Virus record (IMG/VR): IMGVR_UViG_3300028591_000003
Coordinates: 1 to 64,000 of that record
Length of the DNA: 64,000 nucleotides
From: a virus
Taxonomy: Duplodnaviria > Caudoviricetes
Reading direction: 5' to 3' (one strand)
The position numbers and the translations under genes are program-made. Shown here piece by piece: positions 20,339 to 30,844 of this stretch (position 1 is its first letter; each line of letters starts with the position of its first letter). Below the pieces are notes generated by a model. That model did not search any database and was not told the origin of the DNA. It saw only the letters and a list, made by a program, of their open reading frames with translations.

Positions 20339-21126
20339 ATAGATAATATATTTTTAAGTAACAAAGTCTTTTCAAATATATTAAAAGGATCTTTTTTCAT
20401 TCCATCAGTTAATACTTGAGTAAAAGCATTATATACTTGATACATACTTATATTTCCACTATCAATGCCAGCATAATATTCACTATCATCTTTAGCAAAT
20501 AATAACTTATATGCATCAATTGGAGTAGAAACTGCTAACTTAGCCTTCCCATAATGATTATCAAAACTATAATTAATACAATTTCTTACCCACCTACCTA
20601 AAGATTCATTAACATTTTGAGTACTACAATCAAATTCAGATTCAATAAGTTTTTTCATCCATGTTGCAGTATCATCAGTTTGTTCAATGATTTTATCTAA
20701 AGGTTTATAATCAATAGGAGAATTAGATTCTAAATCCTGACAAGCAAGCAATTGAGGACTAAACACACACAAATTAGTACAACTCATTCTTTCTTGTCCT
20801 TTGAAAAATTTAACTACAGGTTTTCGAACATCGATCCCATAAACCATTCCTAATACTGCTTTATGTGGATCATTATTAAACTTATATTCATCTGGAAGTA
20901 TAGCTTCAATGAGAACTCTATTATAAGTTATATCTTCAGTATTAATATCTCCAGATTCTGTATAAGTTATTTGTTTTGGAAGTTGAATTTGAATCCTAAA
21001 TTCAGAAGTTAATTTTTGTACTCTTTTTAAAAATGGATCAACATACGCAGCAGTTGGAAAATAATCATTATTTTTAATCCTAGTAGCCTTTCCAGCTAAA
21101 AGTTCAGTTAATTTAATTTCAGCCAT
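20335..21126 (-). CDS. DUF932-like phage protein
   Basis: RMSCTNLCVF and SMYQVYNAFTQ segments. Confidence 0.5.
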   Translation of the reverse strand: MAEIKLTELLAGKATRIKNNDYFPTAAYVDPFLKRVQKLTSEFRIQIQLPKQITYTESGDINTEDITYNRVLIEAILPDEYKFNNDPHKAVLGMVYGIDVRKPVVKFFKGQERMSCTNLCVFSPQLLACQDLESNSPIDYKPLDKIIEQTDDTATWMKKLIESEFDCSTQNVNESLGRWVRNCINYSFDNHYGKAKLAVSTPIDAYKLLFAKDDSEYYAGIDSGNISMYQVYNAFTQVLTDGMKKDPFNIFEKTLLLKNILSI

Positions 21127-21128
21127 AT

Positions 21129-21476
21129 TTAATCGTCTTCGTTATCTAAGTCATTAATTGTGGTTGGTTTAATTTCCTCTTCTTTAAAGAAATTATTAAA
21201 ATTCTCAATTGCTATTTCATTTTGATAATTAGCACACTCTATTTGTAACAATTTCCATTTTAATATATCTTCTTCAGTTATTTCTAATTCATGTGTTTTT
21301 CCAGAATGATTTGTTCTTAAAACCAATACTTCCTTACCACAGTTATGTCCTTGAATAAACACTATAATTTTATTTTCATATCTTACGCTGATACAGTTAT
21401 ATCCATTCTCTATTTCGAATTTCTTTTTCATAGCTTTTCTAACAAAAGCTATAACATCATTCATTGTAATCATCAT
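21129..21476 (-). CDS. hypothetical protein
   Basis: tiled ORF. Confidence 0.65.
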   Translation of the reverse strand: MMITMNDVIAFVRKAMKKKFEIENGYNCISVRYENKIIVFIQGHNCGKEVLVLRTNHSGKTHELEITEEDILKWKLLQIECANYQNEIAIENFNNFFKEEEIKPTTINDLDNEDD

Positions 21477-22185
21477 ATTTAGAATCGTCTATTTCTATAG
21501 TTTGTTTTCTATAAGTTTTCCAATTATCTATTACAGTTTGTTTATCAGAATTAGGACTAGCTCCTAAATAAATTGTAGTCTTAAATGAATTTACATCCCT
21601 ATTCCAATTAAAGAAGTTTCCTGCCATATCAAGAAAGTTAAAGAATTTATTTTTTATTAATTGGGATATATCTTCATCATCAATTATTTTATAAATTTCT
21701 TTTTCTAAATTATCAGGATGATCAAAATCTTTATGTCCTGTATGATAATTTCCATGTTCATCTGTATAAGCATTAACGTATTTGTCTATAATAGGATTAT
21801 CACAATAGTCTTTAAGAATCTTTATTATATCTAATAAATTTTGTCGATCATCCATTTTATAGGCATATACATAAGACTCTACAATTTCATCGAATATTTT
21901 TCTTGGAAGATAATAAAATTCATATGGAGCAGGACCTATACATTCATATTTATTTTTTCCTTCCCAATTTTTAATAGGAAAAGTTGAATATTCTTTTAAT
22001 TCCGATTCAGTTAAAGGTTCTTCTTTATAAAGATGAATAAATCTTTCCCAAGCTTTATACTTATTAGAATAAATTTTATTCTCTTTTACAAATTCCTTCC
22101 AAGATATACTAGGTTGAGCTAAGGAATATAATTCTTTCATACATTCATTAGCAGCTCTAGTGAGAACATCACTCCTTGTCAACAT
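21457..22185 (-). CDS. hypothetical protein
   Basis: 242 aa tiled ORF. Confidence 0.75.
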   Translation of the reverse strand: MLTRSDVLTRAANECMKELYSLAQPSISWKEFVKENKIYSNKYKAWERFIHLYKEEPLTESELKEYSTFPIKNWEGKNKYECIGPAPYEFYYLPRKIFDEIVESYVYAYKMDDRQNLLDIIKILKDYCDNPIIDKYVNAYTDEHGNYHTGHKDFDHPDNLEKEIYKIIDDEDISQLIKNKFFNFLDMAGNFFNWNRDVNSFKTTIYLGASPNSDKQTVIDNWKTYRKQTIEIDDSKYDDYNE

Positions 22186-22642
22186 ATTCTAATATATATT
22201 TCAATTTGTCTATATTATTTAAATTATACACCTTATCAGATATTAATTCCTGAAGTTTTTTACATTCGTTAAGTGTAGCTTCTTCTTTTTCAGAATCTTC
22301 TAATTCTTTTAGATATTCTTCATATTTATCAATAGTCCAATTAGAAAAGAATTCTTTAATTTCTTTAAGGTCTTTTGAGGATTCTACGTCATAAAGATTG
22401 ATTGTTCTATTTTCAAAATTACAATCATCCAAATAAACACTTTTCCATTTAGAACTAATTATATAGTTTATTAAATCAAACGCTAAATCAGTTTTATCTT
22501 GTAAACATTCATTAAAATTAACTTCATCATAATTAATTTTAAACTCAGGAAGAGATTCTATAACTTCATTAAATTCTTCCTCTGATATAATTCCGAGTGC
22601 TTCTAAATATTCTTTATACATAATTATCAGATATTTTTCCAA
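22169..22642 (-). CDS. hypothetical acidic protein
   Basis: tiled ORF. Confidence 0.7.
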   Translation of the reverse strand: MEKYLIIMYKEYLEALGIISEEEFNEVIESLPEFKINYDEVNFNECLQDKTDLAFDLINYIISSKWKSVYLDDCNFENRTINLYDVESSKDLKEIKEFFSNWTIDKYEEYLKELEDSEKEEATLNECKKLQELISDKVYNLNNIDKLKYILEYVDKE

Positions 22643-24128
22643 ACATTATATTATCTCCTTGAATCATCGAATAATTAATACTCCAAGGGGTATTTCCAAA
22701 ATTAGCAGCAATATAATTAGAGGTTGCATACATACTACCTACTGAAATATAATCAAATTGCTTTCCAGAAGTATATGCATATTGATGTAAATCTCCTTTA
22801 ACTACATAAATTTTGTTATTATCTTTATTAAGTTTCTTTTCAGCTATATAATTAGCGAAATAAAGTTCAGTTTGTGGATTTAAAGTAAGAGGAAATTGTT
22901 TAGACTGAGAATAATTATCTTTACCATGTGTGTAGATAAATTTATGTGTTCCTATAGTAAAAACATCAATAGGATAATCACTTATATAAGTATTCCAGCC
23001 TTTTCCTTGTAATCTATAAGATAAAGCAAGATTAAGTGCCCATCCAAAATCTCCACTATGATTTGATTCTCCTATACTAAAATAAGAATAATCATTAGCT
23101 TTAGTTAAAGTTTTAAGGTTTTCAAAGAAATAATTCATACAATCCAAATAAAGATGACTCATTTCCTTATCGGTCATATTATTTGGAAGTAAATGTCCTC
23201 CTCTAGTAGTTTCTTTATTATATTGATCAACAGAATCTCCTAAATCAACAACAACTAAATGTTTAAGTTCTTTTCCACTAAATGTACTAAGTATTAAGTC
23301 TAATCTCCTCTTTATTTCTTTCTTATCATAATTAGGAAGTTGATAAAATCCAAATTTCTCATTATATGCACCAATATGTAAATCAGATAACCATATAATT
23401 GCAGACTTTTCTGAAGTTTTTATAGTTAAAAGTGGTACTTCATTTTTAAAATTAGGATCATATTTAAGTAAATCGTCAAATAACTTAGAAGATTTAGAGA
23501 GTTTTTGATTTTCCTGAGCTAATTTGTTAATAAGTTTATTAGCTTCATCTAATTGATCTTTCTCAATTCTTCTAAGAACATTATTCTCTTTATTTTGATT
23601 ATGAAGATTAATTAATTCTTCTTCCGTCTTTTCTTCAATAACATGAGGAGCAAATTCGGAATTAGCTTTATAAATATTAAAAGCTTTAAGTATTCTTTTA
23701 AATTCTATAAAGGTATATTGAGGAAATTCTCTAGAAACTATTTTCTGTGTTAAATTCGCTCCGTATATAGTATAAAGACGATAGATAGTTTCCATCTCTT
23801 TTCTATCCAATTTTCCAATTAAAGTTGGAGCATCTCTTCTAAAAATTTCAAATGTATAATATTGAATTAATCCTTCTTCATCACGTTCTATATTAGTAAT
23901 AGCTTTATCATCAGTTTCTACCGATTCTAATTTATTAGTTCCTTTTTTTACTCTATTATATTCGTCTAGAAATTCCTTAATTAAATCAGTAGATAAGTTA
24001 TCAGCATTAACTATATTTTGTTTTTGATTATACCAATAATTTATTTTTCTTTTGCTATCTTTTAAGGTAGATAATTCCTTTAATTCTTTTATTAGTTCTT
24101 GTACTTTCTTCTCACTTATTTTATTCAT
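22614..24128 (-). CDS. metallophosphoesterase/nuclease with helical N-terminal region
   Basis: SDLHIG, LGDSVD, GESNH, THG, GDLH. Confidence 0.8.
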   Translation of the reverse strand: MNKISEKKVQELIKELKELSTLKDSKRKINYWYNQKQNIVNADNLSTDLIKEFLDEYNRVKKGTNKLESVETDDKAITNIERDEEGLIQYYTFEIFRRDAPTLIGKLDRKEMETIYRLYTIYGANLTQKIVSREFPQYTFIEFKRILKAFNIYKANSEFAPHVIEEKTEEELINLHNQNKENNVLRRIEKDQLDEANKLINKLAQENQKLSKSSKLFDDLLKYDPNFKNEVPLLTIKTSEKSAIIWLSDLHIGAYNEKFGFYQLPNYDKKEIKRRLDLILSTFSGKELKHLVVVDLGDSVDQYNKETTRGGHLLPNNMTDKEMSHLYLDCMNYFFENLKTLTKANDYSYFSIGESNHSGDFGWALNLALSYRLQGKGWNTYISDYPIDVFTIGTHKFIYTHGKDNYSQSKQFPLTLNPQTELYFANYIAEKKLNKDNNKIYVVKGDLHQYAYTSGKQFDYISVGSMYATSNYIAANFGNTPWSINYSMIQGDNIMFGKISDNYV

Positions 24129-24155
24129 TTTTCAATGGTTTAACAATAGGGGATA

Positions 24156-24189
24156 AAAAAAGTCCAAGTAGTAAAAACTACTTGGACTT
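24156..24189 (-). terminator. intrinsic terminator
   Basis: AAGTCCAAGTAG/CTACTTGGACTT 12-bp hairpin followed by a T run. Confidence 0.85.
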
Positions 24190-24215
24190 ACATATTAGAA
24201 TTTTAAAAAATCTGA

Positions 24216-24752
24216 TTAATCAACTACAGGATAACCAAACACAAGCAATTTGCAAGGTTGCGAACCCTTAGAAGGAGTATATTTAACAGTAGCATAAAGA
24301 GAATTCTTCTCCTTAGCAACCCATTCAATATTAATAGTTAAAGATTCCTTGTAATCAGTAACAAACTCCTTAGCCTTAGCTTCTGCTTCTTTAGAAGTTT
24401 TTGCACGAGCAACCTCGTTGCCAGTCTTATCACGAACAATGTAAAACTTCTCAGGACTGTGAGTACGTGCATCATATTTAGGCTTTTCAACCTTATAAGG
24501 ACGCTCACGAGAATCTGCTACAGCAGACTGAAGAACAATATATGCACCATCATTAGGCATAGTAAACTTCTTTTTCTTCAAATAATCCTTCATCCATTCT
24601 TTAACATTGTCTTCGTTAGTTGCATTTTCTTTAGCCCATTTCTTATAAGCCTGAGTAGCATCAACACGAAGATTAAGACCAGATTCCTTCATAGCAGCAT
24701 CTTTGGTTACACCAATTGTTTCAAATTTCTTAAATACAGTCATTTGTTCCAT
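24216..24752 (-). CDS. hypothetical basic protein, probably highly expressed
   Basis: own promoter and terminator; distinct codon usage (CGT, AAG, GCT). Confidence 0.8.
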   Translation of the reverse strand: MEQMTVFKKFETIGVTKDAAMKESGLNLRVDATQAYKKWAKENATNEDNVKEWMKDYLKKKKFTMPNDGAYIVLQSAVADSRERPYKVEKPKYDARTHSPEKFYIVRDKTGNEVARAKTSKEAEAKAKEFVTDYKESLTINIEWVAKEKNSLYATVKYTPSKGSQPCKLLVFGYPVVD

Positions 24753-24866
24753 AAAATTTATAAATTTTAAAAATCATAATTACATCGAGACTTCGTCTCA
24801 CATACAAAAATTATCTATTTTTCTGGAACTATCTACTTATACATTTTTTCTTTGTCAAATGTAATT

Positions 24867-24896
24867 CTAATATATCATCTAGATATTTCGACCAAA
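24867..24896 (-). promoter_or_regulatory. putative promoter TTTG-N18-TATATTAG
   Basis: intergenic; shares the motif seen at four other sites. Confidence 0.55.
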
Positions 24897-24931
24897 ATAA
24901 AATTAGTCAAAATATATTTTTTTAACAAATT

Positions 24932-25273
24932 TTAAAAAGGAAGATAACTTTTCAAAATTGAAATTACTTCCTTAATTATATCTTGTCCTTTTAAACCAAA
25001 AGTTGGATAATCAACACAATTATAACTAAAATCTTCACAAACAATAGCCAAACCTTTTATAAATTCATCAGGTAATCCAAGGTTTTTACTAAGTTTAGTT
25101 ATTATTTCATAATAAGTAGTGTCTGGATTTTTTAATTTAGATTTATAAGTAATATAACTTATTAAACTAATTAAAATAAATCTTTCTTCAATGGAACTAC
25201 GATTATGTCCAGAATTAATATATCCTAAACTATAATTTTGTTTATAAAAATTTCTTAATTCATTGAAATTCAT
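24932..25273 (-). CDS. hypothetical protein
   Basis: tiled ORF. Confidence 0.7.
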   Translation of the reverse strand: MNFNELRNFYKQNYSLGYINSGHNRSSIEERFILISLISYITYKSKLKNPDTTYYEIITKLSKNLGLPDEFIKGLAIVCEDFSYNCVDYPTFGLKGQDIIKEVISILKSYLPF

Positions 25274-26294
25274 ATCCTTTTACAATATTAAGATATGCTA
25301 CTGTTTTTAAAAGATATTTAAATTCTTCAAATCCAGATTTAAATAATTTTAAACTCATTGGATATACAAGAGTATTATAATCTGGAATAGTTGATACTAC
25401 TAAGAAATTACCCTTAACAGTAGGATTTTCTAGATTAAAGAATTTATTTGCACATAATTTTAATAGATAAGAATACATACCCAATTCTCTTTGATAAGAA
25501 AAGAATGAAGGATCGAATTCTTTTGCTAATCTAGAAGTAGTTTTTAAATCATTAACCGTAATAATATTTTCTTCTTTATTAATAGTAAAATTATCAAGTT
25601 TAGATTTTAGTTTATATACTTTAGATTCATATCCAGGTATTTCTAATTCTACATCTAATAAAATAGTTTGCTCATTCACAGAATACGGATTTTCTGTTAT
25701 ACCCTCTGGATGTAATAACTTGTTAAAACTAGAATCTTTTTCTATTGATTCTAAGCAACATTTTAACAAATTATAGGATTTTTCATTGGTATATATACGC
25801 TTTTTATCACCTTCTTTTAAAGGATTATTTTGTTCGTATATAAATCTATCTCTCCAAAATTGACTACTTTTTTCCCTAAATTCTTTTATTCTAGAATTAG
25901 TAAGTTTATCTTTATAATATCCGATTTTATAAGAAGCAGCTTTTATTTCATCATCAGTTGGAGTAGTTCCATCTGAATGATATAACTCTAAAGCCATTAA
26001 ACCTGCTTTTGCTGTTGGAGTGTAAACTCCTTCAATAAAATCAAAATTCTCTGGCTGAAGTACTCTCATATGAAGCCAACTACCGAATTCAAATGAAGGA
26101 TTATATTCTTGAACTTTAAATCCTTCAAAAAATGCTTTAGCTCCATCTTTTTTTAATTTACCTAATCTAGAATTACTTATATAATCAGAATATTTTTTAC
26201 TAAAATATACTTCATCACTAATATTTTCTAATTTTAATGTATCAATTAATGGAGTTATTTTAATTTGTTTTATTAATTTATTATCAATATTCAT
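25260..26294 (-). CDS. PD-(D/E)XK exonuclease (RecE/DUF3799-like)
   Basis: ISNSRL, FGSWLH, KSKLD, NDLKTT, YQRELGMY. Confidence 0.8.
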   Translation of the reverse strand: MNIDNKLIKQIKITPLIDTLKLENISDEVYFSKKYSDYISNSRLGKLKKDGAKAFFEGFKVQEYNPSFEFGSWLHMRVLQPENFDFIEGVYTPTAKAGLMALELYHSDGTTPTDDEIKAASYKIGYYKDKLTNSRIKEFREKSSQFWRDRFIYEQNNPLKEGDKKRIYTNEKSYNLLKCCLESIEKDSSFNKLLHPEGITENPYSVNEQTILLDVELEIPGYESKVYKLKSKLDNFTINKEENIITVNDLKTTSRLAKEFDPSFFSYQRELGMYSYLLKLCANKFFNLENPTVKGNFLVVSTIPDYNTLVYPMSLKLFKSGFEEFKYLLKTVAYLNIVKGYEFQ

Positions 26295-26832
26295 TAAAAT
26301 AGAGATTAAAATCTTTAAATATATTCATCTCTTTAGCTAACCAGAATGTATCGGTTATTTCATCTTCATTTAAAGAATATATTCTCAAGATTGGTCCTAA
26401 ATGTTCATTAATTTTATTGTTATAAAGTAAACAAGGAATTCCTTTTCTATTTAAATCTAAGAAATTCTTTATTGAATCCTCTATATGAACATCACATCTT
26501 CCTTTTAAAGTTTTAGCTTTACTTAATTTATATCCAGGAACTTGAAATAATGGTGCTTCAGGAAATCCTTTATCCCTAAGATATTGTTTAGACCATCTTT
26601 TAGGATTTACTCTTGCACTACAATACATTCTTGGAGTAAACTCTACTTTATTAAGTACTGGAAGATTTAACCAAAAATCTCTTTCGTGAATAAGAATATT
26701 AGCTACGTTTCTTGTTATAGCCCAATCATAATTAGGCCATTTTTTAAATCTTTTAAGATAGGCTGACTCAAAATCAGCTAATACCCCATCGACATCTAAT
26801 GAAATCCTAAGATGTTCCCTTAACTTAATCAT
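26284..26832 (-). CDS. HAD-family 5'(3')-deoxyribonucleotidase-like protein
   Basis: LDVDGVLADF and HIEDS. Confidence 0.8.
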   Translation of the reverse strand: MIKLREHLRISLDVDGVLADFESAYLKRFKKWPNYDWAITRNVANILIHERDFWLNLPVLNKVEFTPRMYCSARVNPKRWSKQYLRDKGFPEAPLFQVPGYKLSKAKTLKGRCDVHIEDSIKNFLDLNRKGIPCLLYNNKINEHLGPILRIYSLNEDEITDTFWLAKEMNIFKDFNLYFNEY

Positions 26833-27056
26833 ATTTCTTCATATATTTCTAAATCAGATAATGCTATATTCTTTTCTTCATTAAGAAACTCTCTGAAATC
26901 TTCCCAATCATCATATTTTAGAATATCGTCATTATCTAGTTCGGTTGCATATTTATTGATTATTTTTTCTACAGCATCATTATAAGACTTAGCCATTATT
27001 GTTCTAATAGTAGGCCAATAATCAGTGGTACATTCTGCCCACAAATATTTATTCAT
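26829..27056 (-). CDS. small acidic protein
   Basis: MNKY...AKSYNDA family. Confidence 0.65.
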   Translation of the reverse strand: MNKYLWAECTTDYWPTIRTIMAKSYNDAVEKIINKYATELDNDDILKYDDWEDFREFLNEEKNIALSDLEIYEEI

Positions 27057-27243
27057 ATGTTCTAATATTTGTAATTTCTTCTAAAGATATTCCTAGACTC
27101 TCACAAACATCTTCGATACTTAAAATTTTATCTTCAATTATTCCTTCCATTGCTTTAAGCAAAGCTTTTAATTTATCATCAGCATAAACTATAGTAACAG
27201 GAATAACATTATCAGTTACATCTTGCAATAAATATTTATTCAT
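27049..27243 (-). CDS. small acidic protein
   Basis: MNKY...YADDKLKA family. Confidence 0.65.
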   Translation of the reverse strand: MNKYLLQDVTDNVIPVTIVYADDKLKALLKAMEGIIEDKILSIEDVCESLGISLEEITNIRTYE

Positions 27244-27694
27244 TTAATTTTAATTTTAAATAATCGTATAATAAACTTAGAGGAGCAATAAAAATAGTGC
27301 CAGGAGATTGTCCTCCATCTTTATCTTGTTTTTTCCATATTACTGTAAATGGTTTATCTTTTAAAGGACATTCTTCTTCTATTTTAAAATAAGAAGGAGT
27401 AGTTTGAGTTGCTTTACATTGTATATAGATTGGAAGATTTCCATCTAAGTCATCTATGTCTACTTTGGAATTATCCAACATTTTACTATTTGAACGACTA
27501 CTTACAGTATTATAACCTAGTTCATTCAATTTATGAATAATATCTAGCTCAAGTTGTGAACCTTTTTGCTTAGATCTCTTAGCAGTATAATGTTTCTTAG
27601 TTTTTGGATCTACCCATTCTACTTTTATTCCATCTTTCGGAACACTATTTTTATTTGCTCTTATTTTAAGTGTTTGAACACTCATTTGAGTCAT
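27236..27694 (-). CDS. Holliday junction resolvase-like PD-(D/E)XK nuclease
   Basis: SKQKGSQLELDI, KVDI, YIQCK. Confidence 0.75.
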   Translation of the reverse strand: MTQMSVQTLKIRANKNSVPKDGIKVEWVDPKTKKHYTAKRSKQKGSQLELDIIHKLNELGYNTVSSRSNSKMLDNSKVDIDDLDGNLPIYIQCKATQTTPSYFKIEEECPLKDKPFTVIWKKQDKDGGQSPGTIFIAPLSLLYDYLKLKLNE

Positions 27695-27780
27695 TTCACT
27701 AGCTTTTTCAATAGTATCATAGATAAAACTATTTCCACCTTTATCAGTGATTTTAACTCCTGTATTTAAAGTCTACTTCA

Positions 27781-28089
27781 TTAATCAACAATATAATTAT
27801 AAAGTGCACACATAACCATATCTAAATCTTCTATAGTCATTTCAATTCCTATAGTATCATCTTCACATTTAATTTGAAACATTCCGTAATAGTCAGGACA
27901 CGGATCAGTTCGCTCAGGAGAATATTCTGTATGAGTATCTATCCAATTAATATAGAGTTTTTTATTACTTTTAGCATTAATTTCATCTAAATCTTTAAGT
28001 AATGCTTTTAATAACAGTTTCTTTTTTATTGGAAGATCATCTACATTATCATATGTTACATTCATTTTATTATTTGTACTAAACTCCAA
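27781..28089 (-). CDS. hypothetical protein
   Basis: tiled ORF. Confidence 0.65.
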   Translation of the reverse strand: MEFSTNNKMNVTYDNVDDLPIKKKLLLKALLKDLDEINAKSNKKLYINWIDTHTEYSPERTDPCPDYYGMFQIKCEDDTIGIEMTIEDLDMVMCALYNYIVD

Positions 28090-28274
28090 AGAATATTTCT
28101 TTCAACACACTCTCCAGATTTTAATTCATCCTCTATGATTGAATTATCTAAATTAAAACAATCTAATTTATAACCACTCCAAGTTGGAGGAAATGAAGGT
28201 AAATTCTCCATTAATCGAGGTTTGCTTGCATAAACAAAACATCCTCTCCAATCTTTAGCTACGTAAACTTTCAT
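28062..28274 (-). CDS. hypothetical protein
   Basis: tiled ORF. Confidence 0.6.
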   Translation of the reverse strand: MKVYVAKDWRGCFVYASKPRLMENLPSFPPTWSGYKLDCFNLDNSIIEDELKSGECVERNILWSLVQIIK

Positions 28275-28275
28275 T

Positions 28276-28473
28276 TTATTGAATTAAAATAAAAGCACCT
28301 CCAGGAATTTCAGGATAACAATCTCCTAAATCTGCAGAATCTTTTAAATCATTATACATACTAGTTAAAACAGGAGCTTCTAAGTTTCCATTTTCATTCC
28401 ATAAATATAGATTTAAATTTCCTTCTTTCTCCAAATGAGATTCAAGTTCCTCAATTAATTCTGAAATTTTCAT
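28276..28473 (-). CDS. hypothetical protein
   Basis: MKISELIEELE-type small phage protein. Confidence 0.65.
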   Translation of the reverse strand: MKISELIEELESHLEKEGNLNLYLWNENGNLEAPVLTSMYNDLKDSADLGDCYPEIPGGAFILIQ

Positions 28474-28476
28474 AAC

Positions 28477-29475
28477 TTATTTAAATTTATAATTAGACAT
28501 AAATTCATTAATATAATCTTTCATATTTTCTACTCCAACTAATTTTATAGAATCAGTAAAATCTTTAGAAAGATACCAAGGCATATAAAAATAATTTAGT
28601 TCTGGATGTTGTTTACGAATTAACCATATATTATGTAATCCAGTTTTATCATTATCATAAATTACTAATATATGTTTAAAGCGTTGTTTAAATTCCTCTA
28701 ATTGCTTATCATTTATAAAAAGAGTTTCTGAATTAGGTGCTACAGCAGGAATATTAAACTCGTACATGGCCATAATATCCTTCATACTTTTTGATATAAC
28801 TAATAAATCTCCAGTTTTTGGAAGTTGTTTATATCCTTGAAGCAATTTTTTATTAGTATTATTTAAAAATCTAAATTCTGTACGCATCGGAAAATAAATC
28901 TTCCATTTCTCTTCAGAATTTTTATCTTTTCCAAAATAATAACCATAGATGGGACATTGTAAAGAAGAAGTAAATTTTAATTCTCCATTTAAAAAAACAT
29001 GTTGCAAAGAAAAAACATGATATTTTTTAAGAGTTTTTCTTGAAATTCCAAAAGACTTCCACCATTTTAATTCATTTTCGGTATAATCTTTAATTTGAAC
29101 TTGTATTTTAGAAGATTCCGATTCTTTTAGTTCAGCAACTTTTTTAATTTGTGAGATTTTTGGATGATCTCCTTCTATTAATCCAAAATCCTTAGCTATA
29201 ATATCTAATGCTTGATAATAATTACAATTAAATAATCTCATTACTGCACTGAAACAATTGATATGTTCGTTTGTAGCAAAGTCGTGTAAGTAAAGGACTC
29301 CAGATTTTGATTTATAAAAAGCTACTGTAACATGATTATCACTACGAAATGGACTCAGCATTAATTTTTTATTATTAATGTTGAGTCCAGTGTAATATTC
29401 CATTATTGTCTCTTGATTTATTTTAGAAAGAATAAAGTCCTGAGTAATTTTAGGTTTAAATACAACAAATTCCAT
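28477..29475 (-). CDS. DNA primase (DnaG/TOPRIM)
   Basis: SPFRSD N-terminal domain, ISKSMKD, PNSE, YDNDKTG, KDFTD. Confidence 0.88.
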   Translation of the reverse strand: MEFVVFKPKITQDFILSKINQETIMEYYTGLNINNKKLMLSPFRSDNHVTVAFYKSKSGVLYLHDFATNEHINCFSAVMRLFNCNYYQALDIIAKDFGLIEGDHPKISQIKKVAELKESESSKIQVQIKDYTENELKWWKSFGISRKTLKKYHVFSLQHVFLNGELKFTSSLQCPIYGYYFGKDKNSEEKWKIYFPMRTEFRFLNNTNKKLLQGYKQLPKTGDLLVISKSMKDIMAMYEFNIPAVAPNSETLFINDKQLEEFKQRFKHILVIYDNDKTGLHNIWLIRKQHPELNYFYMPWYLSKDFTDSIKLVGVENMKDYINEFMSNYKFK

Positions 29476-29479
29476 TTTC

Positions 29480-29510
29480 TAAATATATCAAGAGAAATAT
29501 ATTATTCAAA
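29480..29510 (-). promoter_or_regulatory. putative promoter TTTG-N19-TATATTTA, 4 nt before the primase ATG
   Basis: exact match to the RNR and intron-endonuclease promoter motif. Confidence 0.6.
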
Positions 29511-29511
29511 A

Positions 29512-30207
29512 TTAAAGATCGATGTTGTTAAGGTCTATATCTCCTTCGTTGTTTTCTTCTGAAGTATTATCAACCTCACTCATATTAGTAGGCTTTGCAT
29601 TTTGATAAGCTTTCTGTTGAGTAAGCTCAAAATTAGTAAAGAACAAGTTTTCTCCAATAAAATTAACAGGGAAAACTTCATTATTCTTATTTAATCCACA
29701 AGCAGCAGGGAGTGTTGAATAAATTGTTCCATTATTTTTTCTTCCTACCAATTTTAAATCTGTCTCAACATTATTTTTCCCAGTAAGTGCTTTAATAATC
29801 AAATCAACAAACTGGTCAATAGTTTTAATTTTAGAAGCATTAGCCTTAATCTTTTCCTCTCCAGCAGGATTAAGAGCATGAACAATTTGCATTAAAGTAA
29901 ATTGAAAATTCTCAAATCTAGAAGGACGATTATATTCATGACCTTCATTATTCTTAAAAGTAGGACGTTCCATATCCTGTTCAGAACTAGGAATAAATAA
30001 GTTAGTACTGAAGGTTCCCTTGTCATCACCAACTCCTGTAAATTCTAATGTTATCACAGGATATATAGCGTTAGGATCTTTTGAACCTTTAATTTCAGTT
30101 TTTTCAATTTTAGTAAGATTTACTTTATAAATTCCATAAGGATGAAGATGAGCACCTGCATTTGAGGTAAAATTTTGTTCAGACAAAGAATTAAAATTAA
30201 AATTCAT
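29512..30207 (-). CDS. single-stranded DNA-binding protein (putative)
   Basis: beta-rich N-terminus (GIYKV), acidic C-terminal tail, position in replication module. Confidence 0.6.
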   Translation of the reverse strand: MNFNFNSLSEQNFTSNAGAHLHPYGIYKVNLTKIEKTEIKGSKDPNAIYPVITLEFTGVGDDKGTFSTNLFIPSSEQDMERPTFKNNEGHEYNRPSRFENFQFTLMQIVHALNPAGEEKIKANASKIKTIDQFVDLIIKALTGKNNVETDLKLVGRKNNGTIYSTLPAACGLNKNNEVFPVNFIGENLFFTNFELTQQKAYQNAKPTNMSEVDNTSEENNEGDIDLNNIDL

Positions 30208-30280
30208 AATATTTTTACATTTAACATTGAATCGAATTGTATATCTACTAATGTAAAAATATCTACTATTATATTATAAA

Positions 30281-30844
30281 TTAATCTAAATTAAAATCAA
30301 AATCATCAGAATTAACATCTCCATCTTCAATAACATCTTCATTATCGAATTCTTCTGGATTAGATATTTCCTCTGGAACATCGATTATATCATCTTCTTT
30401 TTCAGTATTTCCTTTAAGTTTAAAATAACCTTCTTTTCCTTCATAAGGAATTACTTCAAAAGTATCACCGTATTCTGCAAGATTGTCATGTCGTGAACCT
30501 CTACAACTTACTGTAAATGTCTTAGTAAGTCTATTTCCAGCTTTTTCATCTACACATAATACTGGAGTTGTATTCCTTCCTTTCTTTTCAAACTTAATAT
30601 CAATTTTCATTTCTGGCTCAAAACCAGTAAGTTCTATTGCCTTAGTATTAAACTGATATTTTCCTTCAAGAAGATGAATCATAGGAATTGGTTCATCATC
30701 TGTTTTAGCTTTACGAGTTCTAGTTGTAGTAGCTTTCTTAGTTGCTTCTTTAAAATCTCCAAAAGTTGCTTCCTTTGTAAAAAGTTCTCCTGTCTCAGTA
30801 TCAACAAGAGTTAAAACGATTTTAGATGATTGAATTTCTAACAT
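30281..30844 (-). CDS. hypothetical protein with acidic tail
   Basis: 187 aa ORF in replication operon. Confidence 0.75.
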   Translation of the reverse strand: MLEIQSSKIVLTLVDTETGELFTKEATFGDFKEATKKATTTRTRKAKTDDEPIPMIHLLEGKYQFNTKAIELTGFEPEMKIDIKFEKKGRNTTPVLCVDEKAGNRLTKTFTVSCRGSRHDNLAEYGDTFEVIPYEGKEGYFKLKGNTEKEDDIIDVPEEISNPEEFDNEDVIEDGDVNSDDFDFNLD